Part shown: positions 8,031-16,448 of the stretch, in pieces
Layout: each line of letters begins with the position of its first letter
Position numbering within the stretch: the stretch's first letter is position 1
From: Candidatus Moraniibacteriota bacterium
GTDB taxonomy: Bacteria > Patescibacteriota > Minisyncoccia > Moranbacterales > DUUL01
Direction: 5' to 3'
DNA: 64,000 nt
Assembly: GCA_034522495.1 (NCBI GenBank)
Contig: JAXHLG010000002.1
Location: 401,541 to 465,540 of the forward strand
The notes under the pieces: model-generated
The model's database searches: none
Told to the model about the DNA's origin: nothing
The model's input: the letters and a program-made list of their open reading frames with translations, nothing else
Translations under genes and position numbers: made by a program

Positions 8031-9155
8031 ATGAAAAAAAATGAGAAAAAAAAGATTCTCTGGTTTTCCTGGAAAGACATCAAGAATCCGGCCGCTGGAG
8101 GAGCTGAGAAAATTGCAGATGTGCTGCTTTCAAAAATGGCCGAAGAAGGTTTTGAAGTGGTGCTTCTGACCTCTCGCTTCAAGGGATCCGGAAGCAGGGA
8201 AAGAATAAATGGCTATACGGTTATTCGGCAGGGAAACCGCTTTTTTGTTTATTGGAAAGCTTGGCGTTATTTCAGGAAGCATTTGCGAGATTGGCAGGGT
8301 TTGATAGTAGAGGAAGTCAACACTTTTCCATTTTTCACGCAGTTTTATTCCAATTGCCCCCGATTTTTGTTTTTTCATCAGCTTTGCCGAGAGGTTTGGT
8401 TTTATGAATTGCCACCGCCGCTGGGGTGGCTGGGCTATCGGCTGGAGCCGTGGTATTTGTGGGCGCTTAATAAAAACAAGGTAATAACCGTATCCGATTC
8501 AACAAAAAAAGATTTGGTCAAACTTGGCTTTAGTGAAAACAAGATCAAGACTATTCCCGAGAGCGTGGATTTGAAACCTTTGAAAAACCTGGAAGACGCT
8601 GAAAAATATGAAAATCCGACCTTGTTGTCTCTTGGCTACATGCGCCCCATGAAAAGAGTTTTAGACAAGATTGAAATTTTTGAAAGAGCCAAAAGAGAAA
8701 TTCCCGGGTTAAAGCTTGTCATTGCAGGAGGAGGAAAAGCGGACTACAAGAGAAGGGTGATAAAAAGAGTCAATGATAGCAAGTGGAGAGAGGATATTCA
8801 TTATCTTGGCTCAATCGATAAAAAAAAGAAAGTAGAAATTCTTCAAAAAAGCCATATTATCTTGGAGACATCCGTGAAAGAGGGCTGGGGGCTGACCGTC
8901 ACCGAGGCCGCCGGCCAAGGCACGCCGGCGGTAGTATATGATGTGGATGGATTGCGAGAGAGCGTTGTTGACGGGAAAACGGGATTGGTGGTGGAAAACA
9001 ATTCACCTGGCAAGGCCGCGGAAGCAGCTATTGAATTGTTAAATAATAAAAAAAGATACGAAAAAATGAGAAAAAATGCTTGGCAAGAATCTCATAAATT
9101 TAATTTTGAAAAATCATATAATAATTTTAAGAATATAATTGAAAATAATGAGTAG
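8031..9155 (+). CDS. Glycosyltransferase family 4 (GT-B fold)
   Basis: EGWGLTVTEAAGQGTPAVVYDVDGLRESVVDGKTGLVV (E-x7-E region). I prefer the ATG at 8031 because the TTG at 8010 lies inside the REP palindrome. Confidence 0.85.
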   Translation: MKKNEKKKILWFSWKDIKNPAAGGAEKIADVLLSKMAEEGFEVVLLTSRFKGSGSRERINGYTVIRQGNRFFVYWKAWRYFRKHLRDWQGLIVEEVNTFPFFTQFYSNCPRFLFFHQLCREVWFYELPPPLGWLGYRLEPWYLWALNKNKVITVSDSTKKDLVKLGFSENKIKTIPESVDLKPLKNLEDAEKYENPTLLSLGYMRPMKRVLDKIEIFERAKREIPGLKLVIAGGGKADYKRRVIKRVNDSKWREDIHYLGSIDKKKKVEILQKSHIILETSVKEGWGLTVTEAAGQGTPAVVYDVDGLRESVVDGKTGLVVENNSPGKAAEAAIELLNNKKRYEKMRKNAWQESHKFNFEKSYNNFKNIIENNE

Positions 9156-9963
9156 TGAGCTAGTGAGCATAATTGTTCCTACTAAAAATTCCCAAAATTT
9201 TATCGGGAATTGTTTGGAATCATTGAGCAGGCAAAGCTACTCTAACATCGAAATTATTGTGGTGGACAATTTCAGTTCGGATCGAACCAGGGAGATTGGG
9301 AAGAAATATACCAATAAAGTTTTCCAGAAAGGGCCGGAGAGGAGCGCTCAGAGAAATTTTGGCGCCAGGAAGTCCAAGGGTGATTATTTGCTTTTTGTGG
9401 ACAGCGATATGGTTGTGTTTGAGCAGGTGGTGGAAAAATGCGTGGAGAAAGTCAAAAAAAGCGGTGCCGAAGCTGTCGTAATTCCGGAATTTTCTTTCGG
9501 AAAGGGATTTTGGGCTAAATGCAAACAACTGGAAAAAGCTATTTATATGGGAGACGAATTGATTGAGGCCCCCAGGTTTTTTTCCAAAAAAGCCTTTGAG
9601 AAAGTCGGCGGCTATGACGAGCAGATAATAAGCGGAGAGGATTGGATGCTCAAGGAGAAGATTGAGAAAAAACATGCTATTGGGCGAATTGAAAAGCCTA
9701 TTTACCACAATGAAGGCGGACTTTCCTTTTTCAGGTCTTTGGGGAAGAAATATTACTACGGCAAGCATTTTCATCATTATAGAAAAAAAAGCGCTGAAGC
9801 GGCTGCGAGAATTGACCCCCTGATCCGCTCCAAGATTTTGTTGATGAAGTTTAATTTATATAAAAAACATCCTTTGGTTTTTGCCGGCTTAACAGTTTTG
9901 AAAACCGGAGAATTTTTGGCCGGCCGATGCGGCATGATTATTGCTAAATTTAAAAATAAATGA
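9139..9963 (+). CDS. Glycosyltransferase family 2
   Basis: VSIIVPTKNSQNFIGNCLESLSRQSY..IEIIVVDNFSSDRT, FVDSDM. Confidence 0.85.
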   Translation: MKIMSSELVSIIVPTKNSQNFIGNCLESLSRQSYSNIEIIVVDNFSSDRTREIGKKYTNKVFQKGPERSAQRNFGARKSKGDYLLFVDSDMVVFEQVVEKCVEKVKKSGAEAVVIPEFSFGKGFWAKCKQLEKAIYMGDELIEAPRFFSKKAFEKVGGYDEQIISGEDWMLKEKIEKKHAIGRIEKPIYHNEGGLSFFRSLGKKYYYGKHFHHYRKKSAEAAARIDPLIRSKILLMKFNLYKKHPLVFAGLTVLKTGEFLAGRCGMIIAKFKNK

Positions 9964-11000
9964 AAAAATCTCAGGCCTATTTTAAAAGAAAGCCGTTGAT
10001 CTCAGTGATTGTAGCGAACTACAATGGAAAAAAATGGCTCACGGAATGCTTTGAATCCATCTTTAAGCAAAAATATTCGCCGCTGGAAGTGATTTTAGTT
10101 GACAATGCGTCTTCTGACGGGAGTGTTGAATTTGCCAGAAGCAATTATCCGCAAATCAAGGTGATTCAAGCAAAAGAAAACCTCGGTTTTGCCGGAGGGA
10201 ACAATTTAGGCTTTGAAATGTCTTCGGGAAAATATATTTTGTTTTTGAATAATGATGTTAATTTTTCCGAGAATCTTATTGCGGAGCTCTTCAATGGGAT
10301 GCAAAAAAACAAGGGAGCGGGCTGTTTATGGCCGAAAATAAGGCTGATGGAGGAGCCGGAAAAACTGGATATGTGCGGAAGCTACTGGACTAACTCGACT
10401 CTTCTTTATCATGAGGGCTACAAAAAAAGGCAGGATAAAAAAAATTATAATCAACCAAGAAATTATTTTTCGGCCAAGGGGGCGGCTCTTCTGATGCCAA
10501 GAAGCGTAATTGAGGAGGCGGGTTTGTTTGATGGAGATTTCTGGTGTTTTTATGAAGAGACGGATTTTTGCCACCGGCTATGGCTCTCCGGCTACGAGTG
10601 TCTTTATTGGCCGGAAGCGGAAATCTTTCATGCGGTTGGCGGCACCAGTGTTTTACAGTTGCAATCTTATTTGCAATATCATAATTTCAAAAATAAGCTT
10701 TGCAGTTTTTTGAAAAATTTTGAAGGGAGAACGCTTATTAGAGTTCTGCCAATATTTTTTTTGGTTAACGCTTTTTTGTGGTGCTATTGGATTTTGACTT
10801 TTAAATGGGCAAACTCTTTTGCTTTGTGCCGGGCTTGGTGGTGGAATTTGTCTCATCTAAAAGAAACCTTGAAAAAGAGAAAAGGAGTGCAGCAGTGGAG
10901 AGAGGTTTCAGATAAAGATGTTTTCAGGCAAACTCAAAAAAATCCCCCCTTTAAATATTATTATTATCTTTTAACCGGACTGGAAAAGTATAAAAATTAA
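9960..11000 (+). CDS. Glycosyltransferase family 2
   Basis: ISVIVANYNGKKWLTECFESIFKQKY..VILVDNASSDGS, FLNNDV. ATGA overlap with the upstream gene. Confidence 0.85.
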   Translation: MKKSQAYFKRKPLISVIVANYNGKKWLTECFESIFKQKYSPLEVILVDNASSDGSVEFARSNYPQIKVIQAKENLGFAGGNNLGFEMSSGKYILFLNNDVNFSENLIAELFNGMQKNKGAGCLWPKIRLMEEPEKLDMCGSYWTNSTLLYHEGYKKRQDKKNYNQPRNYFSAKGAALLMPRSVIEEAGLFDGDFWCFYEETDFCHRLWLSGYECLYWPEAEIFHAVGGTSVLQLQSYLQYHNFKNKLCSFLKNFEGRTLIRVLPIFFLVNAFLWCYWILTFKWANSFALCRAWWWNLSHLKETLKKRKGVQQWREVSDKDVFRQTQKNPPFKYYYYLLTGLEKYKN

Positions 11001-11010
11001 TTTTGAAAAA

Positions 11011-11835
11011 GTGTTTGATTACAAAGTGAAGCCGGAAGAGTATGACGAGGAATATTTTCTCGGTGAAGATTATGGAGGCATAGAATTTTACAATTCAGGC
11101 GTCAAGAAGCCCTGTCCTTCAAGCGATAGGATTTTCAGCTTGATAAAAAGAGCTAATGAAGGGACTGCCTTGGATGCCGGTTGCGGAAAAGGGGAGATGC
11201 TTTATTTTTTGAGCAAGAAAGGCTTTGATGTCTATGGAATAGATTATTCCCAGGATGCTATTGCATTGGCAAAAAAAACGCTAAAGGAAAAGAAAGTAAA
11301 TGCTTGGGTGGGAAAGTCGGATGTTAGAAAAACTTCATTTGATGATAATTTTTTCGATGTTGTTGTTTCAACTGATTTGGTGGAGCATCTGGATGACGAT
11401 GATGCCGTAGTGGATTTTTTAAATGAAATGCATCGGGTGCTCAAACCCGGAGGTGTTTTTTATATGCATACTGCTCCCAACAAGCTTTATGTAGATTTTT
11501 TTCAGAGACTCTACAGAAGACAGGTTGATTTAGTTCTTTCTGGTTTGGCTAATTTGTTCCTTTCCCCAAAAAATAAAATTAAAATCAAGACTGAGTTCAG
11601 GGATCACAATGATAAAAAATTTCATATAAACGAGCAAACCTATTTCAGTATGAGAAATAACTTGAGCAGGTCAAAATTTAGTGATTATAAAATTGAAATG
11701 TTTGCGGATCCCTTCCGGTTTGAAATAAAAAAACTGCCCTATTATTTGATAGGCTATCTGTTCCCCTTGAATAAAATTTTCCCGCTGAGCATATTGCTAG
11801 GGAATCATATTTATTGCGTTCTCAAGAAAAGATAA
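11011..11835 (+). CDS. Class I SAM-dependent methyltransferase
   Basis: LDAGCGKGEMLYFLSKKGFDVYGIDYS (motif I), LKPGGVFYMHT. Confidence 0.8.
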   Translation: MFDYKVKPEEYDEEYFLGEDYGGIEFYNSGVKKPCPSSDRIFSLIKRANEGTALDAGCGKGEMLYFLSKKGFDVYGIDYSQDAIALAKKTLKEKKVNAWVGKSDVRKTSFDDNFFDVVVSTDLVEHLDDDDAVVDFLNEMHRVLKPGGVFYMHTAPNKLYVDFFQRLYRRQVDLVLSGLANLFLSPKNKIKIKTEFRDHNDKKFHINEQTYFSMRNNLSRSKFSDYKIEMFADPFRFEIKKLPYYLIGYLFPLNKIFPLSILLGNHIYCVLKKR

Positions 11836-11875
11836 ATTTCCGAGTTTTCTTAATCTCTACTAAGACTTTCTTGAG

Positions 11876-11912
11876 TGGAGGTTGAGCCACCATTATGGAG
11901 GCTCAACCTCCA
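11876..11912. repeat. REP-like palindrome, GGAGGTTGAGCC variant
   Basis: tggaggttgagcc-accattatgga-ggctcaacctcca, between convergent genes. Confidence 0.8.
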
Positions 11913-11967
11913 GGGAAGGAAATGCAGGGAAGGAAATATATATTTTAATCCGGATTTAAATATATAT

Positions 11968-13719
11968 TTATTTTGATTCAGACTTGGATTGGATTGCTTG
12001 GAGGGTTTTTTGGAGCTGTTGGTTTTCCGGGTTGATCTTGAGGGCTTTCTTGATTTCTTCAAGCGCTTTTTGATGATCTCCTTGGTTGAAATAGACGGCG
12101 GCTAACTGTTGGTGGGTTTGCCAAAGATTGGGATTGAACTCTAAAGCTTTTTGGAAATTTTCGATGGCTTTTTGGGTTTCTCCCATTTTGTAGAAAGTAT
12201 TGGCCAAGTTGTGGTAAGCGTCGGCGTAGCCGGGTTTTTGTTCGATGGCTTTTTTGAATTCTTTTACTGCTTTTTCATATTCTTCTCTTCTGGTATAAAC
12301 ATCCCCCAGGTTGTTGTGGATGTTACCGCCTTCTTGGGAGACTTCGGCCGTTGCCATCCAGAGGGTGTCGCGGTTTTTCCAGTCGGTGTTGCGCACGATT
12401 GTCCTGGCGCACAAGGCGATTAGCAGGATGGCCGCAAGGGTGTAGATAATTTGCCGGCCTCTTTGTCCCTTGAATTTGTTCAAAAGATAGTGTGCCAAAA
12501 TGGCGACGGCAGCTGTCAGGCCGATGAGGCCGGGGTAAACGTATCTTTCGGCTACCACCCAGGAGATTCTCAGGGGAGTTAAAGTGGGCAGAAGGGAGAT
12601 AACAAAAAAGGCTAGCCAGAAGAAAATAAACTTGTTTTTCTTGTAAGCTAAGATCAAAACACCTAAAAATGCCAGGAAAACAATCCAAATCAGGAAAAAT
12701 TCCAGTCTCCCGGGGCTTACGTTGGTGTGATAAAGGGTAAGGGATTGAGGCCAGGTGAATAGCTTTAAATAATTCACGATCGCCACCGGGACCTGCACCA
12801 AGGGATTTTCCAGTCCTTGCTGGCTTTGGTAGTGAACCTGCTGCAGGGTTTCTTTTCTTTCCCCTACTTTGCTTATCATCAAGACTCCGATGATTCCCGC
12901 CAAGCTTGCGTAAGGAATCATTTTTTTCCAATGCAGCCTCAAATTGCCGAACAAAAATTCATAGAGAGGAAAAACAAGAATCAGAGCGAAAGCTTTCTGG
13001 GAAGAAGTGACGCAAAGCAGGAAAGCGATGACAGAGAGAATGTAATATTTGCGGTTTTGTTTGCCAAGCAGGTAAAAAATAAAAGAAAAGAGAAAAAAGA
13101 AGGTGTATTGCGCGTAGGTTACCCCCGACATCCAAGTCACGGCCTCGCTTGCCAGCGGATGAACCGCAAAGAGGGAGGCTGCAATAACGGCAATTCTTTT
13201 TTTGGTTAGCAAGCTTAACAAGACAAAAATTCCCAGCACGCTTCCCAGGTGGTAGAAAATATTGAGCAAATGAAACGGCACCGGGCTGCCTTGGCTTATT
13301 TGATAAGCCAAAAAGTAAGTGATTCGAAAGAAATATCCGATCGGGGAAAACTGCAAAAAGATTTCCGGAGAGCGGATGTTTTCGTTTTGGGCGATGGATT
13401 TGATGTCATCGGAAACGTATTCGTTGCCGAGAATGTTTATGTAGCAAGCAAAAACCAAGGCGAAGAGAAGAATTAAAGTGAGCCGATTTTTGTAAAAAAA
13501 GCTTCGCCAGGAGAATGATTTTATTTCCCCGCTTGATTCTGTTGCGGGAGAAGATTTTTTTACTTCCACCACGCGCTTGTATTTTTTCTTGCTCCAGATT
13601 TTTCGGAGGTATTTTTCAATATCTTTTTCCGAGATATTCATTTCTCGCGCCAAATCCGGCAGGCTTCGCTGCCTTATTTCCCGCTTGATTTTCTTTTTTT
13701 GCCTGGAAGATAATGACAT
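11968..13719 (-). CDS. Polytopic membrane protein with C-terminal TPR repeats (possible PMT/ArnT-like glycosyltransferase)
   Basis: Basic N-terminus, about 10 hydrophobic helices, C-terminal TPRs (AYHNLANTFYKMGETQKAIENFQKALEFNPN; AAVYFNQGDHQKALEEIKKALKINPEN). The enzymatic assignment is a guess. Confidence 0.6.
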   Translation of the reverse strand: MSLSSRQKKKIKREIRQRSLPDLAREMNISEKDIEKYLRKIWSKKKYKRVVEVKKSSPATESSGEIKSFSWRSFFYKNRLTLILLFALVFACYINILGNEYVSDDIKSIAQNENIRSPEIFLQFSPIGYFFRITYFLAYQISQGSPVPFHLLNIFYHLGSVLGIFVLLSLLTKKRIAVIAASLFAVHPLASEAVTWMSGVTYAQYTFFFLFSFIFYLLGKQNRKYYILSVIAFLLCVTSSQKAFALILVFPLYEFLFGNLRLHWKKMIPYASLAGIIGVLMISKVGERKETLQQVHYQSQQGLENPLVQVPVAIVNYLKLFTWPQSLTLYHTNVSPGRLEFFLIWIVFLAFLGVLILAYKKNKFIFFWLAFFVISLLPTLTPLRISWVVAERYVYPGLIGLTAAVAILAHYLLNKFKGQRGRQIIYTLAAILLIALCARTIVRNTDWKNRDTLWMATAEVSQEGGNIHNNLGDVYTRREEYEKAVKEFKKAIEQKPGYADAYHNLANTFYKMGETQKAIENFQKALEFNPNLWQTHQQLAAVYFNQGDHQKALEEIKKALKINPENQQLQKTLQAIQSKSESK

Positions 13720-13759
13720 GGTTTGCTGATTGATGTTAGGAAATTATGAGCATTGGAGT

Positions 13760-13794
13760 TGGAGGCTGAACCTCCACTGGAGGTTCAGCCTCCA
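13760..13794. repeat. REP-like palindrome, GGAGGCTGAACCTCC variant
   Basis: tggaggctgaacctcca-c-tggaggttcagcctcca. Same core as the palindrome inside the RAYT-like CDS. Confidence 0.9.
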
Positions 13795-13895
13795 TTTTCG
13801 TAGCATGAAAGGAGAAATATCAAGGTTCAACCTCGAGATTTGTTAACTGTCAATTGTTAACTGTCAAGTGTTGAATAAAATCGCGATCCTGCCGT

Positions 13896-13943
13896 CCAAC
13901 ACACCTTCAAGGTGTGATGCATCACACCTTGAAGGTGTGTTGG
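13896..13943. repeat. Perfect 48-bp nested palindrome
   Basis: ccaacacaccttcaaggtgtgatg|catcacaccttgaaggtgtgttgg. Each arm is itself a hairpin (cacacctt-ca-aggtgtg). Followed by agtcttttttt. Confidence 0.9.
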
Positions 13944-14011
13944 AGTCTTTTTTTGCTTGGAATTTAAGTTGGAGTTAACTGTTAAGTGTCAATTGTTAAT
14001 TGTTGTCTCTG

Positions 14012-14083
14012 AGCCAGGGATGGGAATCGAACCCACAGCCTACGCGTTACGAATGCGTTGCTCTGCCATTGAGCCACCCTGGC
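14012..14083 (-). tRNA. tRNA-Thr (anticodon CGU)
   Basis: Reverse complement folds as GCCAGGG TG GCTC AATGGCA GAGC A ACGCA TTCGTAA CGCGT AGGCT GTGGG TTCGATT CCCAT CCCTGGC T. 72 nt, one A-C mismatch at 31-39, CCA not encoded. Confidence 0.8.
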
Positions 14084-14092
14084 TTATTTTGT

Positions 14093-14187
14093 TGTATTGG
14101 AATTTCAAAAAATCCTATAAGCCACTGATTTTACGCGGATTGCTACGCAGATTTACGCGGGATGCTAAATGTGCGAAGCTTAATTTT
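14093..14187. repeat. Family E element (about 95 bp), copy E1, upstream of prfB
   Basis: tgtattggaatttcaaaaaatcctataagccactgattttacgcggattgctacgcagatttacgcgggatgctaaatgtgcgaagcttaatt is nearly identical to 50101-50193. Confidence 0.85.
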
Positions 14188-14335
14188 TTTCTATGCCTAT
14201 CTCCAGCATCCAATCTCCCGCCTCCCGCTTCTCATTTCCCATCTAATAAATATTGGTTTGAAGAAAACCAATCATATGATAATATATTCTTGCGGAGTTT
14301 TCAAATTTTTTAAGTTGGTATATAATAGAGGCAGT

Positions 14336-15431
14336 ATGAAATTGGAAGAAATCAAAACATCTCTGAGGGAGATTGAAAGCAAATTCGTCCATTTGGACGA
14401 CTGTCTTTGACTGGAGCGGAAAACAAAAAGAAACAGAAAGGCTGGAAAAAGAAAGCCAGAAGGAGGATTTTTGGGACAATCCGCAAGAGGCCGGCAAGGC
14501 TTTGAAAAAATTGGAGAGAATGAAACAGGAAAAGGCCGACTGGAAAAGCCTGCAAGATCAAATGAGGGAGTTAAAAGAGTTTTTAAAGGAATTAAACGAA
14601 GAAAATGCCGGAGAGGAAGACTTGGAACTGGCATCGCAGGAGTTGCAGAAAATAAGCAAAAAACTGAATTATTTCGAGAAGAAAACTTTTTTCCGGGGAA
14701 AGTATGATGAGAATAATGCTATTCTGGAAATACATGCCGGAGCCGGCGGAGCGGATGCGCAGGATTGGTCGGAGATGCTGTTGCGGATGTATTTGCGGTT
14801 TTGTGAAAGAGCGGGATATAGGGCCGGCATAATCAGCAAGTCTTCGGGTTCGGAAGCCGGAATCAAGAGAGCCTCATTGGAAATTCAAGGTGAAAACGCT
14901 TACGGATATTTGAAAGGAGAAAAAGGGATTCATAGATTGGTCAGGCAGTCTCCTTTCAACGCCGATGCCCTGCGCCAGACATCGTTTGCGGCGGTTGAAG
15001 TTTGGCCGGTCTTGGAAAAGAGTCAAGAGGTTGAAATAAATCCCAAAGACTTGAGAGTGGACACCTTCAGAGCCTCGGGCGCCGGAGGGCAGCATGTCAA
15101 CACTACTGATTCGGCCGTCAGGATAACCCACTTGCCTACAAACACCGTGGCCAGCTGCCAAAGCGAAAGGTCTCAGCAACAAAACAGGGAGCAAGCCACG
15201 AAAGTCTTGAAGGCCAAGTTGCATGAACACTTTGAAGAAAAAAGAAAGAGCGAGGAAGAAGCTGTCAAAGGCGAAAAAAAGTCGGCCGAGTGGGGAAACC
15301 AGATTCGCTCCTACGTGTTTCATCCCTATAAAATGGTTAAAGATCACAGAATAAACTTGGAAACCAGCAATGTAGAGGACGTGATGGACGGGGGTATTGA
15401 AGGTTTTTTGGAGGGGTATCTAAGAAAATAA
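14336..15431 (+). CDS. prfB: Peptide chain release factor 2, with programmed +1 frameshift: join(14336..14407,14409..15431)
   Basis: Frame 0 gives MKLEEIKTSLREIESKFVHLDDCL, ending at CTT TGA C (14405-14411). The +1 frame continues DWSGKQKETERLEKE... with SPF (VRQSPFNA) and GGQ (SGAGGQHVN) motifs. Confidence 0.95.
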
Positions 15432-15653
15432 ATTGTTCCATTGCTTCATTGTTAAATTGTTTTATTTTCATTGTTTCATTGATAAATAATAAAATTGTTC
15501 CATTGCTCTATTGCTAAATTGTTATGATACATAAATACTGTGTTTTCTAAATATTTAGCTAGTTGAAGCCTATTGGCAATCGGATAGTGCTTACAATTAG
15601 CAATAAAATAATTTGACAATGTAACAATGAAACAATTGAACAATGAAACAATT
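15431..15653. mobile_element. MITE-like element, family A, copy A2 (upstream of ftsE)
   Basis: cattgtt-type repeats on the left, aacaatg-type on the right. The core ttctaaatatttagctagttgaagcctattggcaatcggatagtgcttacaatt is the inverse complement of the core at about 16600-16720. Confidence 0.7.
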
Positions 15654-15725
15654 AAAAGATTAAAAAATTTAAAGAATAGCAAGTTGTAAAGTTACTGACT
15701 GATAGTTTATTAATAAATATTATCT

Positions 15726-16412
15726 ATGATCGAATACAAAAACGTATCTAAAATATATCCTGGTAATGCTCCGGCCTTGGAGAATGTGAATTTTCATTTG
15801 GGAGGCGGAGAATTTGTTTCCGTGGTGGGGCAGTCCGGAGCAGGGAAGTCAACTCTGATCAAGCTGTTGCACGCCGAGGAAAAGCCGACCTCCGGAGATA
15901 TTGTTTTTAACAAAGAAAGCATTGTGGATTTGAAAAAGCGTCATCTGCCCAAGCACCGCAGGGATATCGGGGTGGTTTTTCAGGATTTCAAATTGCTTTC
16001 CAAGAAAAACTTGTTTGAAAATGTGGCTTTTGCCATGGAGGTGGCCGGAAAGTCCAATGATGAAATCGAGGAGGATGTGCCCCAGGTTTTGGAGATAGTG
16101 GGGCTGGAAAAACAAATGCACAAATATCCCCACGAAGTCTCCGGAGGAGAGCAGCAAAGAGCGGCCATCGCCCGGGCGCTGGTGAATCGGCCCAGGGTCT
16201 TGGTGGCCGATGAGCCTACCGGGAATTTGGATCCGGAAGCCAGCTGGGAGATTGTCCAGGCTTTGCTGAAGATAAACAAATATGGAACGACGGTTATTCT
16301 GGCTACCCATGACAAGGCTATCGTAGACAAGGTATGCAAAAGAGTGGTGGCTTTGAAAGACGGCAAAATTTACCGGGACACCAGTCAAGGGAAGTATTGT
16401 GTGGAAGAATGA
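15726..16412 (+). CDS. ftsE: Cell division ATP-binding protein FtsE
   Basis: Walker A GQSGAGKST, signature VSGGEQQRAAIARAL, Walker B VLVADEPTGNLD. ftsX lies downstream. Confidence 0.9.
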   Translation: MIEYKNVSKIYPGNAPALENVNFHLGGGEFVSVVGQSGAGKSTLIKLLHAEEKPTSGDIVFNKESIVDLKKRHLPKHRRDIGVVFQDFKLLSKKNLFENVAFAMEVAGKSNDEIEEDVPQVLEIVGLEKQMHKYPHEVSGGEQQRAAIARALVNRPRVLVADEPTGNLDPEASWEIVQALLKINKYGTTVILATHDKAIVDKVCKRVVALKDGKIYRDTSQGKYCVEE

Positions 16413-16448
16413 GATGTGAGACATGAGAAGTGAGAAGTTGGATGGTCG

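Noticed and set aside
13957-14313. The listed 118-aa ORF (and 14162..14410 as an independent gene)
   Set aside because: The first overlaps tRNA-Thr on the opposite strand and the family E repeat, and has no coding features. The second is simply the pre-frameshift segment of prfB plus upstream non-coding sequence.
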